A DNA stretch of 64,000 nucleotides, from positions 1,527,849-1,591,848 of the forward strand of contig CBDBLX010000002.1 in NCBI GenBank assembly GCA_965207445.1, written 5' to 3'. Under the pieces are notes generated by a model. The model did no database searches and was not told the DNA's origin. It saw only the letters and a program-made list of their open reading frames with translations. Numbering within the stretch: position 1 is the first letter of the stretch; every line of letters begins with the position of its first letter. The stretch is from Nitrosopumilus sp. GTDB taxonomy: Archaea; Thermoproteota; Nitrososphaeria; Nitrososphaerales; Nitrosopumilaceae. Below, one piece after another: positions 26,773-39,800 of the stretch. The position numbers and the translations under genes were made by a program.

Positions 26773-27417
26773 ATGAAGGGTAACAACTTGGATGATTCAA
26801 CGTCCGCGTTCACCTGTTGTGACAAGGCGTTTGATGCAGGTGGCAAAACCGTGTCCGTGCGCGACGCACTTGTACTTATCAATCAGACACTGGATGAAAT
26901 ACTAATAGAACAAGAGGGGAGTGAGTTTGATGCCGATACTAGGTGGGCCTTGGCATGGTTTGAACAGTACAAATTTGACAACGGTGACTTTGGAGTGGCC
27001 GAAACACTTTCCAAGACGAAGAATACCAGTGTACATGGTATGGTGGATGCAGGTATATTGAAATCCAGTAGAGGTAAGGTGCGACTGTTCTCACCAAACG
27101 AGCTTCCAAAAGACTGGAATCTAAAAAAAGACAAAGGATTTACCATATGGGAAGCTACACATCATATGGTACGTTTGCTTGATACAAGTGAATTAGATGC
27201 AGCAAAAATCATGTCAAAACTTGGCTCTGCGGCCGAGCCTGCAAGAAAATTGACTTGTCGGTTTTATCATATATGTGAGCAAAAAAAATATACCAAAAAA
27301 GCACAAGACTATAATGCGTTGGTACAAAGCTGGCCAGAAATTTCTCATCTTGCAAAAAATGTTTTGGCGCTACGTACGTCACCGTCTAAAGGAATGAATT
27401 CATATGATGACCGCTGA
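26773..27417 (+). pseudogene. C-terminal fragment of a DUF1156-type adenine methyltransferase
   Basis: VRDALVLINQTLDEILIEQEGSEFDADTRWALAWFEQY...AETLSKTKNTSV...GKVRL...YNALVQSWPEI matches the tail of these large proteins; no catalytic motifs present. Confidence 0.7.
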
Positions 27418-27721
27418 CATGCTTGACACCATGGTAAACCGTATTGTGAAACAATTAGATCCTGACGGTATCTTACTGTTTGGCTCTAGGGCGCGAGGCG
27501 ATGCAAGAGAGTGGAGTGATGTGGATCTTATGATTATAATGAATACGGTGTTGGACAAACGCAAAACAGCAATTGATACCCAGATGCTGTTAAAAGACCT
27601 GTTTATCAGTAAGGACATAATAGTAGTCACCAAGGACGAGATTCATCGTAAGCGTAACATAGTGGGCACTTTAATTCATGCGGCGCTTCAAGACGGGAGG
27701 ATGTTATATGAGCGATCATGA
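27404..27721 (+). CDS. Minimal nucleotidyltransferase (MNT antitoxin)
   Basis: ILLFGSRARGDA..WSDVDL; paired with a HEPN gene. Confidence 0.9.
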   Translation: MMTADMLDTMVNRIVKQLDPDGILLFGSRARGDAREWSDVDLMIIMNTVLDKRKTAIDTQMLLKDLFISKDIIVVTKDEIHRKRNIVGTLIHAALQDGRMLYERS

Positions 27722-28124
27722 TGCAGAGATACAGTCAGAGGCATTACAGTAGTTGAGATTTGCCAAGGACGATCATAACACGGCTATACAATTGATGAAC
27801 ATTGAATGTTTTTCACCACGACAAGTTTGTTGGCTCAGTCAACAGACTGCCGAAAAAGCACTCAAGGCTGCACTATTGTTAGATGCGGTCAAGTTTCCAC
27901 ACGTACACGACTTGAATATTCTAAGAGAACTACTTCCCAAGGGTTGGAATGTGTTGGACACGCACAGAGAACTATTCAATCTTACGGAATGGGCAGTGGA
28001 AGCACGTTATCCAGGTGACTGGCCGGAGCCTACAAACACAGATGCGAAATATGTAGAATCTACGGCACGTTTGATCTATGATTCTGTAGCCGTCGAGTTT
28101 AGACGTCGCGGCATACTTATTTGA
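27708..28124 (+). pseudogene. HEPN-domain protein with an in-frame amber stop near the N-terminus
   Basis: MSDHDAEIQSEALQ*LRFAKDD, TAG at 27750-27752 where Trp is typical; QQTAEKALKA, HDL, ARYP. A shortened product from TTG 27753 is possible. Confidence 0.75.
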
Positions 28125-28575
28125 TCGAAATTTGTCATATAATCATGACTGCAACTCATAGTGATCTTATAGGTGACACTCTGGACATACTCCAATTATG
28201 GTAACTGTTTTGTACTTTACAGTTACAAGCAGGGTTTAAAGGGCATGCGCAGCCTTCCTGACCATCGTGGTTGCCTCGCGTAATGGGCCTGCCAGCAAAA
28301 AATGAATAGCAGATATGCAGTAGTGTGGGAGGAATGGCAGCCGTATGTATGGTCGCTTGTGCCATCAGACGGGCATGATCGTAATGCTATTGAAACATAT
28401 CAACTGTCGCTTGCAACATTGCATAAAATGTCGTAAAAGTTCTGACCTCTGACCTTGCGGATTATTCAAATAAAATCATATAAAACACATTGCGAACTAC
28501 TGACATGTAAACAAACTCACAAGCAATGATGACTATGATGGCAATCAAAACATATGATACCATCAATTGCAATAC

Positions 28576-28654
28576 AGTATAATCATACATAGTATAATCA
28601 TATATAGTATAATTATATATAGTATAATCATATATAGTATAATCATACATAGTA
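28576..28654. repeat. 15-bp tandem repeat AGTATAATCATAYAT x5
   Basis: Counted directly; lies just downstream of trpA. Confidence 0.9.
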
Positions 28655-28671
28655 CCACCACAAAACAAGTG

Positions 28672-29625
28672 TCAATGACGAGTAGCACTCTTTAGTCGTT
28701 TTGTGAATGTATGTACATGAGACTCTATCAAATGATCTGATGCAAGGGCTTTTTTGATTACATCAATGTATGCACTACCGACAATAACAGCATCTGCACC
28801 GGCCTCTACATACTTTTTTACATCAGCAGGTTTTGAGACCCCAAATCCCACTCCAATAGGCAAAAAGTCTGTTTTTTTAGATAGAGACGTTGCAATGCGT
28901 AATGCATCAAGGGTATAATTAGCAATTGCAGTGTTTTTCCCCCCAACACTCTTTTTTTTAATGCCAGTAGTACCATACACTGCCACCATATACAAGAATC
29001 CAGATGACAATTCCAATAGTCTTTTGAGTCTAGTGCGCGATGTGTTAGGTGATGCTAAAAATATAGTATCAATGTTATATTTACGAGCAGTCAGAACATA
29101 TAATTTAGATTCATCAAGGGACATATCAGGTAGTATTAACCCATCAATACCAGCATCAAATATCATATGTAATGCTTTATCATAACCTATACTATACAGG
29201 ATATTTGTATATGTCATTAATACAAGAGGAGTGGTAGGATTATCATATCGTATTTCCTTTACCATATCTAAAAATCCTTCAAATGTAGTTCCATGACCCA
29301 AAGATATGGTGCTTGCCTCTTGTATTGCAGGTCCATCTGCAAGCGGATCTGAGAATGGAAATCCAATCTCCACAATATCAGCACCACCACTTATCATACC
29401 TTTAATTGCAGATAATGACTGTTCAGGGGATGGAAATCCCGCCATTGCATATGTGATCAATGCTTTCTGATTTTTAGCACGCAAGTCTACAAACTTTGCA
29501 GCAATTCGTCTGGGTTTATCATTAGATTTGCTGTCATCATCATCATTATTATTATTATGAGACTGTTTGTCAGCCTCAAAATAAACACAATCTGTATATT
29601 TCTTTTTTCCATCAATGGTTTGCAA
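28672..29625 (-). CDS. trpA: Tryptophan synthase alpha chain, with Asn/Asp-rich N-terminal extension
   Basis: [36 protein letters not shown]. Confidence 0.95.
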   Translation of the reverse strand: MQTIDGKKKYTDCVYFEADKQSHNNNNDDDDSKSNDKPRRIAAKFVDLRAKNQKALITYAMAGFPSPEQSLSAIKGMISGGADIVEIGFPFSDPLADGPAIQEASTISLGHGTTFEGFLDMVKEIRYDNPTTPLVLMTYTNILYSIGYDKALHMIFDAGIDGLILPDMSLDESKLYVLTARKYNIDTIFLASPNTSRTRLKRLLELSSGFLYMVAVYGTTGIKKKSVGGKNTAIANYTLDALRIATSLSKKTDFLPIGVGFGVSKPADVKKYVEAGADAVIVGSAYIDVIKKALASDHLIESHVHTFTKRLKSATRH

Positions 29626-30792
29626 GATATCGTTGAACCTCCTCTACATCTTTGTCACCTCTGCCAGATAACGTCACTGTAATGCACTCTGATCTCTTCA
29701 TAGTAGGCGCAATCTCAACTGCCTTTGCAATTGCATGTGACGACTCCAATGCAGGTATAATTCCCTCTGTTTTGGTAAGTAGTAAGAATGCATCCACTGC
29801 TTGTTTGTCAGTCACAGACACATATTTTACATCACCGGACTCTTTGTAGTACGCATGCTCCGGACCTACACCAGGATAATCAAGTCCAGCAGAGACACTG
29901 TGTGTCTTAGATACTTGACCATCTTTGTCTTGTAGTAGAAATGTCATCATACCATGAAGTACACCCTTTTTTCCTGCACTAATGGTAGCAGAGTGTAGTC
30001 CAGTATCCAAGCCTTTACCTGCCGCTTCTACTCCGATCAGAGATGTACTTGTATTTGTAAGGGGATAAAATGTCCCTATTGCATTTGAACCACCCCCGAC
30101 ACATGCAATTGCAACATCGGCATTGCGCCCTTTGTTTAATCGTTTGATCTGTCTTTTTATCTCATTACCGATGACTTTTTGAAAGTCCCTTACCATTACA
30201 GGGTAGGGATGTGGACCTACTGCAGAACCAAGTAGATAATACGTGTCATTAACATTTGCAATCCAATCTCGAATCGCCTCATTTATCGCATCTTTTAGGG
30301 TACATGAACCAGAGTCAACAGCCTTCATTGTAGCACCGAGCATCTGCATCCGTAGTACGTTCGGTTTTTGCCGTGCCATATCAACAGAGCCCATATATAC
30401 CTCAGATTTCATATTTAATGCTGCACATGCCATGGCAGTTGCAACGCCGTGCTGTCCTGCACCCGTTTCGGCTATAATGCGACGCTTTTTCATGCGTTTT
30501 GCAAGGAGTGCTTGTCCTAGAGTATTGTTTATTTTGTGAGCGCCACCATGTAAAAGATCCTCACGTTTGAGATATATTTTAGCACCGCCAATATGATCTG
30601 AGAGATTTTGTGCAAAGTATAATGGTGTGGGTCGTCCCGCATACTCTTTAAGATACATATCAAGCTCAGATACAAATATAGGATCATTGCAGAATTTCAG
30701 GTAATTTGCTTCAAGTTCTTCAATAGGGGGTATTAGTGTTTCTGGAATGTATTTGCCACCAAAGTCACCGAACTTGCCGTCTTTTGGGTATC

Positions 30793-30796
<4 letters not shown>
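29612..30796 (-). CDS. trpB: Tryptophan synthase beta chain
   Basis: [54 protein letters not shown]. Confidence 0.97.
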
Positions 30797-31873
<1,077 letters not shown>

Positions 31874-31884
<11 letters not shown>

Positions 31885-32971
31885 ATTCTCTGATCGCCTC
31901 CAATTTCATCACATCACCTGCATTACTAACAAACGCATCTAATTTTTTTGATGCAGTACCACTTGCAATTGATTCTTTACATACATCAACTGCATACGCG
32001 AGATCATCAATATCATCAAGGGTCAATAATGCACCTGCTGCATTAAATATTACAGTCTCAATGACAGATCTGCTAGCAGTACCATCAATTGCACCTACAA
32101 CGCATGCAACTGATTCACGTGCATCATTTACCTTTATATCAGCAATATCGGATCTTTGTAGATTGACATCTTCGGGTCTTACTATCATCTCACTCATACG
32201 TCTGCTACCATCATATCCGTCTGCTACAACTAACATATTTGAGGATACTGTAGATAGTTCATCCATACCCTCATTTGACATTACAGTAATTGCATATTCA
32301 ACACCACGCTTCAACAGTATACGTGGTATACGATACAACAAATCTTTTGAAGATACGCCTACTAGTTGTCTTGATACAGGTGCAGGGTTTGCAAGAGGTC
32401 CCAACATGTTAAATGCAGTTCTCTGTTTTCCAAGCATTTTACGAGCAGATGCAACATGTCTCATTGCAGGATGAAACTTTTGTGCAAAGATAAAACAGAT
32501 GTTATTCTTCTCCAAGATATTTTGTATACGAAATGGCTCAGCATTATTATCATATCCCAATGATGCAAAAACATCAGCACTCCCAGATACACCAGTTGTA
32601 GAGTGGTTTCCATGTTTTGCAACTGCACACTTGCCATCAGCAGCAGACATTGCAACAAATGATGCAGCAGTAGATATGTTAAATGTCTGTTGCATATCCC
32701 CACCTGTTCCACATACATCTATTATTGGGCATTTCACATTAGGTAAAATTCTAGATGCTTTTTTGATCATTACATCTAATAGTGTTAATAATTCTTGATC
32801 AGTTTCACCCTTTGCAGATAAAGATTTTAGAAAATGCATGTTTTGCTCATCAGTTGTGCCTCCATCAAGTATACAAGAGGCCATACTATACATCTGAGTA
32901 TCACTCAAGTCTTCTCCACGCCCTAATTGTTGCATACATGATAGAAACAATTCATCATTTTTTGCAGTCAT
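31874..32971 (-). CDS. trpD: Anthranilate phosphoribosyltransferase
   Basis: DVCGTGGD, TFNIST, AKHGN, GSADV, FHPAM, FNMLGPLANP, GMDE. Confidence 0.95.
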
Positions 32972-33852
32972 TGTGGACCTCCTTTGGGGTTTTTGTTGTG
33001 TTTTTTGGCATCTGCAACAAGAGATGCAAGTTTTAAGAAATTCGATAGTATGGTTTTGCCATGAATAGTCATAATTGATTCAGGATGAAATTGAACGCCC
33101 TGAATAGGATATTGTTTATGTTGAACTGCCATAATCTCATCATCATCTTCTGCACGTGCAATGACATCTAACACATCAGGTATGACAGTATTGTCACCTA
33201 CTAGACTGTGGTATCTAGTAGCAACAAATGGATTTGATACGCCTGCAAATAGATTAGGCGTGTTATATGATATTTTAGTGTTATTGTTGTTGTTATTGTT
33301 GTTATTGTTATTATTGTTGTTATTGTTGTTGTTGTTATTGTTATCATCATCATCATTACTATTAACAATAACATCACTCTTATTATTAATATTATAATGT
33401 GTAACGTCACGATTGTTGCATGTATTATATGCTAAAACAACATCAGCATCATCATCATCACTGCCAACATCACTGCCACTCTTACTACTACCATCACATA
33501 CATCATGACCATATTTGATCATGCTAGTTTTGCCATGTCTAACACATTTTGCATTCACCACTTTACCACCAAATGCATGAATTATTCCTTGGTGTCCAAG
33601 ACACACGCCAAGTATTGGAATTGTGGGCCCCAATTTCAATATAACATCAGTGCATATACCAAAGTATCGTTTATCTTCTGGTGTTCCAGGTCCAGGTGAT
33701 ATCACAATTGCATCATACATTGCATCTGTAATATTTTGTATAGTGATAGCATCATTTCTTACAACAGTACAACTAGCACCAAGCTCACCCATATACTGTG
33801 CTAGATTATACACAAAAGAGTCGTAATTGTCAATTATCAAAACTTTGATCAT
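32968..33852 (-). CDS. trpG: Anthranilate synthase component II with poly-Asn insert
   Basis: IDNYDSF, ISPGPG, GVCLGHQ, RYHSL, QFHPES. Confidence 0.95.
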   Translation of the reverse strand: MIKVLIIDNYDSFVYNLAQYMGELGASCTVVRNDAITIQNITDAMYDAIVISPGPGTPEDKRYFGICTDVILKLGPTIPILGVCLGHQGIIHAFGGKVVNAKCVRHGKTSMIKYGHDVCDGSSKSGSDVGSDDDDADVVLAYNTCNNRDVTHYNINNKSDVIVNSNDDDDNNNNNNNNNNNNNNNNNNNNNTKISYNTPNLFAGVSNPFVATRYHSLVGDNTVIPDVLDVIARAEDDDEIMAVQHKQYPIQGVQFHPESIMTIHGKTILSNFLKLASLVADAKKHNKNPKGGPQ

Positions 33853-35516
33853 TTTTTTGATGCCTCCTTTAAAGCTAAAAGTAGTGCGTTTGCCTTGTGT
33901 TCAGTCTCATTGAACTCGTATTCGGGAACTGAATCATACACAATACCAGCACCTGATTGTACAAATCCTTTCTTGCCATTTATGAATATACTACGGATTG
34001 CAATTGCAAAGTCACAACAACCATTGTACGAAAAGTATCCAACTGCACCAGCATACGGCCCCCTTGCATTAGACTCTAGTTCATCTATAATCTCCATAGC
34101 TCTGACCTTTGGTGCACCAGAGACTGTCCCTGCAGGAAAGACTGCCTGAAATGTATCAAACATATCATTGCCATCATCAAGAGTTCCCATTAGATGCGTG
34201 ACTATATGTTGCACATGACTGAATTGTTTTATCTTCAAAAGTGACTTTGGATATACAGTTCCAAACTTGCAGACACGTCCAATATCGTTTCGACCCAAGT
34301 CCACTAACATCGTATGTTCTGCCAACTCTTTTTTATCAGCAAGTAACTCTTGTGCAAGCGCATCATCAGATGACTTTATGCCAGTGATTTTTCTAGTACC
34401 TGCTATTGGAAAAGTTTCAACCACATTACCTGTAATGCGTATGAGCATTTCAGGGGATGCACCTATTGTAACGTGGTCGTCGTGTTTTAGATGATACATG
34501 TATGGAGAAGGATTAATGTCTCGAAGTGCATCGTATAGTACAAGTGTGTCGCCAGACGTATCAAAATCAAAGCGTCGTGACAGCACAACCTGAAAAATAT
34601 CGCCATTGTGTATGTATTCTTTTGCTTTGTTAACCATCTTTGAGAAAGTGGGTTTGTCAATATTTGGAGTCGTGTTGCTTGCATGGAATTGCTCATTTAA
34701 ATAGTCATTTTTACGAAAGTTTTCATATACATTCATCAAATAATCAAGTTTGTTAGTGCCACGGTAAAAGTAAAATGGTTTTTGAAGTTTATTATCATAT
34801 AAAATACCATCATTGTATATTCCAAACTCCATGAGCAATGGACTCGAATCATTTGAATCAGGAATATTTTCTATTATGCGAATTGCATCGTAGTTGACCA
34901 TTCCAACTGCACCACCAACATAGCGGTAATTACACATGGGCATAGAATGTGCAGCATCGTCATTTTTGCATGTGTCATCATTACAAATGTCATTGGGATT
35001 ATCAGTGTAGTGGTCATTATTATTATTATTGTTGTTGTTGTTGTTGTTGTTGTTGTCATTGTTACTGTTCATATTATAATTAGTATGAGGGTGTGGAGTA
35101 TTATAGTAATCAACGTATAATTTTTCTAAATCTAGTATGTCTGGTTGTGTTGCAAAATTACGTAAAAGAAATCGCAATAGTTTGAATGGGTCATCAACGT
35201 TTATCACAGTAGAAGTTGTATCAACACGTCTACAATTATCAGTACAATTATTATTATTATCACCATCACGAACATTATGCTGCTCATCATCTTCATCATT
35301 GTGCATAGTAATCTCAACACGGTCACGATACCCTTTGAAAATCACAGTTGGATTAAATCCCATAATAGACATCTCAGCAAGATTTTTTGGCCCAACAAGA
35401 GATTCAAATAAAAACGAGTGTTTAAAGTTCAAAGACAAAAATCTATAAATTTGAAATTGGTCACTGTCATCTGACAAGTTTAGTGGAAGTACATGTACAT
35501 CTCCAAATATGTCCAC
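33849..35516 (-). CDS. trpE: Anthranilate synthase component I with low-complexity inserts
   Basis: GDIFQVVLSRR, NPSPYM, PIAGTR, AEHTMLVDLGRND, FPAGTVSGAPK; start placed at GTG 35516. Confidence 0.95.
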   Translation of the reverse strand: MDIFGDVHVLPLNLSDDSDQFQIYRFLSLNFKHSFLFESLVGPKNLAEMSIMGFNPTVIFKGYRDRVEITMHNDEDDEQHNVRDGDNNNNCTDNCRRVDTTSTVINVDDPFKLLRFLLRNFATQPDILDLEKLYVDYYNTPHPHTNYNMNSNNDNNNNNNNNNNNNNDHYTDNPNDICNDDTCKNDDAAHSMPMCNYRYVGGAVGMVNYDAIRIIENIPDSNDSSPLLMEFGIYNDGILYDNKLQKPFYFYRGTNKLDYLMNVYENFRKNDYLNEQFHASNTTPNIDKPTFSKMVNKAKEYIHNGDIFQVVLSRRFDFDTSGDTLVLYDALRDINPSPYMYHLKHDDHVTIGASPEMLIRITGNVVETFPIAGTRKITGIKSSDDALAQELLADKKELAEHTMLVDLGRNDIGRVCKFGTVYPKSLLKIKQFSHVQHIVTHLMGTLDDGNDMFDTFQAVFPAGTVSGAPKVRAMEIIDELESNARGPYAGAVGYFSYNGCCDFAIAIRSIFINGKKGFVQSGAGIVYDSVPEYEFNETEHKANALLLALKEASKK

Positions 35517-35568
35517 CCATACAACTAGGACTTGAAGCCATAATTTAAACCGATACAAATGAAAATTG

Positions 35569-35660
35569 GTAACCGTTTAACCCCCATTACCTGCGCCAAA
35601 CGTTAGGCGGTGAATTTGTGCCTAAATTTTGAAAGGGGTTGAACTTGTCTGACAAGTTAC
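35569..35660 (+). mobile_element. MITE family 1 copy with a palindromic insertion in its right end
   Basis: gtaaccgtttaacccc...ggggttgaac[ttgtctgacaa]gttac. Confidence 0.8.
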
Positions 35661-35815
35661 TGAAAAGTGGTGAAAATTGAAGATTTTGTGAATCCAATCA
35701 AAAAGTAATTGGCAAGATGACAAGAATCACGATAAATACATTATTTAACATACAAAATATGTACAAAACCGTACAAGTACGGTACTTTTATATTCTAGTA
35801 TTACATATACAAATT

Positions 35816-36007
35816 ATGAAAACACAAATGATACTACAAGACATGTACATGCCAAAACCACCAATGGTATGTACAAGTGCAAAACCCGTTGCGTGTAATG
35901 AATGTGGTAGAGGGTTAGAGGCAGGATATGGAATCAGAGCCATACGCATAAATGACAAAAATGTTATGCTATGTGATCTGCATTATCCAAAAACATCAAA
36001 GAGATAA
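35816..36007 (+). CDS. Small Zn-finger-like protein
   Basis: CNEC...CDLH; TATA-like tttata about 30 bp upstream of ATG 35816. Confidence 0.55.
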   Translation: MKTQMILQDMYMPKPPMVCTSAKPVACNECGRGLEAGYGIRAIRINDKNVMLCDLHYPKTSKR

Positions 36008-36218
36008 CCACCACGCACAATATTTTATCAATAATATACAAATTATAAAATAATAAAGAATAGTGATAAAGACTAGCAGGATATGGAATCAGAGCCATAC
36101 GCATAAATGACAAAAATGTTATGCTATGTGATCTGCATTATCCAAAAACATCAAAGAGATAACCACCACGCACAATATTTTATCAAATAAAATAATAAAG
36201 AATAGTGATAAAGACTAG
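35921..36218. repeat. Tandem duplication of about 150 bp (35921-36075 and 36076-36218)
   Basis: gcaggatatggaatcagagcc...gactag occurs twice, differing by one short indel. Confidence 0.9.
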
Positions 36219-36622
36219 CCAGGTGCCCTAGTTGGATCGCGACTAAGGATTCCTAATACTTTGGATATTATCTGTTGATGTCCACCTGCATGCAAGTCTT
36301 GGCGCACAGTCTCAGAGCCGACACTCACAAAGATCAGATTGTCATCACCTAGTGGAAATGTTATTCGAGTGATCTTTTCAAAGGCGGCCATTGCATATGT
36401 GCCAGAACCTATCTTTGGTCGTAGTGCTCGTCTACCCTGCCATGCACCTGCTGCTCGTTTGAGTGATGCGGCAGTTTCTTCCTCTGATAGATAATTCACT
36501 ACTCCTTGACGGTGACTGACTTCTAAAATATTTCCATCAATATCTGTAATTATACTGTGCCTTATGTTAACATCACAGTCCATGATTCGTCGCAAGAGGT
36601 TTGTGAAATTCATAAAATACAT
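36215..36622 (-). CDS. Thaumarchaeal roadblock/LC7-like small protein (DUF6659-like)
   Basis: IR...I.DIDGNIL....RQGV..YLSEEE...Y.MA.FEKI.RITFPL pattern. Confidence 0.6.
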   Translation of the reverse strand: MYFMNFTNLLRRIMDCDVNIRHSIITDIDGNILEVSHRQGVVNYLSEEETAASLKRAAGAWQGRRALRPKIGSGTYAMAAFEKITRITFPLGDDNLIFVSVGSETVRQDLHAGGHQQIISKVLGILSRDPTRAPG

Positions 36623-36827
36623 CTACAAGAATATTACTTAAGGGTTTTTGATGTAGATGCGGCAGTAGTAGAGTCCCCTTTTGCAAGATTTGAGATGTAT
36701 GAAAGTATACGCATCAATTTTAGTGATGTCCATGTCAAAATATCATAGTCATCATTTAACCCGTGTGTCTGTACCATAGTGTGGTGGATTGAATATGTAT
36801 ATTATGACAAGTATGTCTAAATTTACT

Positions 36828-39800
36828 CTAACGACAGATCTTTTGTTGTTGTTGTGATAGTGGTGGTGACGATGGGTCTACTAGTGAATCCACGTCAACT
36901 CTAATCTCCGATGAATAATAGCCAGTTCCAAACACGATACCATCGTGCAGTACGAGCCAAGAGCGTTTCATCTCTGTATTACCAGTTGTCGGTGATACAT
37001 GTTCATAATTGACCCATATTCCGGATCCTCTGCTCAGTCTATCTATTACATTCTGCTCTGCTGTCATAATGGCGCTCCAATCAGTTATCTCATTTACAAG
37101 TGCCGTATTTACGCCCTGTGCGAGTGTCATGTTTGTTGCAGTATCAACTGCAAACGAGTATCTAGTCGGCGGCACGTCTGCAAGCATGTTTATTGACTCA
37201 ATAGCATCATCTCGCCCATCACGCTCATACTCTAGCACACGGCTATGAGTCTGAGCTTGCGCATCAGTATCAAGTGTATAATAACCAGAACCAAACACCA
37301 ACCCATCGTGCAACTGCAAAAATGAGCGTTTTAACTGCTCAACATCAGTTGCAGGATTGTGAAATATGTAAGTGACCCACAATGAACCTTTGGCATCTAA
37401 TTCTGATAATACATAATCCACTGATACGGCAGCCGTATCTAGTATGGTCTCTGGTTGGTTTACCCTTGTAGGCACAACACCATCTGCTAATCTGACCCAC
37501 GTGTCTCTATCTATGACAAACGGGTATAGTGCATCAGTCGTCAACTGCCGACTAGGAGTAATTATGTCTGCCCATGTGTTCGGATATGACTCATAGGTGT
37601 CAATTGCACCACGCACTACAAACTTTACATCTGTCTCGTGTATATCATGCTGATAGTGTCCAGTACCAAATATCAGATCATCGTGTAGTACCAACCATGT
37701 ATGTTTTAACTCTGTTGCACCAGTCACAGGTGATGTATGCATATAGTTAACCCATATGCCACTCCCACGATTGAGTTCAGCTAGTATTGTATTTTTTGAA
37801 TGTACATCTATTATAGCATTCCAATCAGAATTCATTGCAATCAACGCCGGATTCACATTTTGCGCCAACGTATGATCATTTCTAGGTTGAACCAAAAAAG
37901 AGTACGTTGTAATTGGGGTATTTGGGATCATATTTATTGATGATATAGTCGATGCCATGCCGTCGCGCTCATACTCTAGTACACGACTGTGTGCCAATGA
38001 CTGTACTTTAGAGTCAAGTACGTAATATCCAGACCCAAACACCAAACCATCGTGCAACTGCAAAAATGAGCGCTTTAACTGCTCTACCCCAGTAGCTGGA
38101 TTGTGAAATATGTAAGTTACCCATAATGAGCCTTTTTGGCGTAATTCTGCAAGAACATCATCAGGCGATCTTACAGATGTATCTAAGATGGTCTCTGCTT
38201 GTCCCACTCTGCCAGGTACCACACCGTCTGCTAGTCTAGTCCAAGTTGCAGCGTCAATTACAAACGGGTATAGTGCATCAGTTGTGATCAGTTGATCAGG
38301 TGTAATGACATCAACCCAGTTTTCATTTGATTCGTAAATATCAATTGTGTTTTGTACGACAAATTCGACATCAGTTGCAGGAATATCATGCGAATAGTAT
38401 CCAGTACCAAATATCAGACCATCATGCAATACCAACCACGAGTGCTTGAGTTCAGGCTCACCAGTGATTGGAGATGTGTGGGTATAGCTAAACCATACCC
38501 CCGTGCCGCGGCTGAGTGTATCTAGTATAGATGATTTTGAGAGTATGGTAGTGATAGCATTCCAGTCAGTCATCGTACCTATTATTGCAGGGTCTGCATT
38601 TTGAGCCAACGTGGTATCAGATGTAGGATCAATTACAAATGCATATGTGGAGATGGGTGTATCAGGAATCACATTAATAGAATTAATGACTGCATCTCTG
38701 CCGTCGCGCTCATACTCTTGTATCTTTGTGTGTGTTATTGACTGTACTCTAGAGTCAAGTACATAATATCCAGACCCGAACACCAAACCATCATCGTGTA
38801 ATTCAAGATATGTACGCTTTAACTGCTCTACCCCGGTGGCGGGATTGTGAAATATGTAAGTTATCCATAATGAGCCTTTTTGGCGTAATTCTGCAAGAAC
38901 GTCATCAGGCGATCTTACAGATGTATCTAAGATGGTCTCTGCTTGTCCCACTCTGCCAGGTACCACACCGTCTGCTAGTCTAGTCCAAGTTGCAGCGTCA
39001 ATTACAAACGGGTATAGGGCATCAGTTGTGATTGGTTGATCAGGTGTAATGATATCAACCCACCTATCATTGTCTTTGTTGTTGTTGTAGATGTTTATTG
39101 CATTACTTACTGCAAACTTTACATCAGACTCTGGAATCTCAGATGCATAGTATCCAGAACCTATCAAAAGTCCATCATGTGAGACAATCCATGTGCGTTT
39201 TGTCTCTGCAACACCAGTTATCGGATTAACATGCGTATACCCAACCCATACACCGGGCGCATTACTTGTCATGTCTAGAATATCATCCACTGCAAGTGTC
39301 ATGGTAATGGCATCCCAATCAAATGTGCCTATCAATTCAGGATTCACACCCTGAGCCACCGTAACACCGGTTTGTGGATCTACTACAAACGTATATGATG
39401 TAATCGGTTTATCAGGTATGATATTAAGGGATGCAAGAGTAGCATCGCGTCCGTCACTGTTGTAATCTAGTATATTTGCATATACAATAGCCTGCACACC
39501 AGAATCAAGTATGTAATAGCCGGATCCGAACACAAGATCATCTTTTTGCTGAAGGTATGTGCGCTTTAACTGCTCTACCCCGGTGGCGGGATTGTGAAAC
39601 GTATATGTCAACCATACTTGGCCATCTCTAGCAAGATCATCTCGTATATCTTGTACAGATCTACTAGATGTATCCAGAATCGTTTCAGGTTGTCCCACTC
39701 TGCCAGGTACCACACCGTCTGCTAGTCTAGTCCAGGATGTAATATTGATGACAAACGGATACAGATCATCAGTTACGATTGGTGCGTCTGGAGTAATGAT

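Noticed and set aside
27750..27752. Pyrrolysine or programmed read-through of the HEPN amber codon
   Set aside because: TGG-to-TAG is a single transition, other pseudogenes here use TAA and TGA, and no pyl genes are seen.
19397..28459. 9-bp direct repeat GACCTTGCG (19397, 28451) as att sites of the whole island
   Set aside because: Too short to be significant given free choice of boundaries; no integrase or tRNA.
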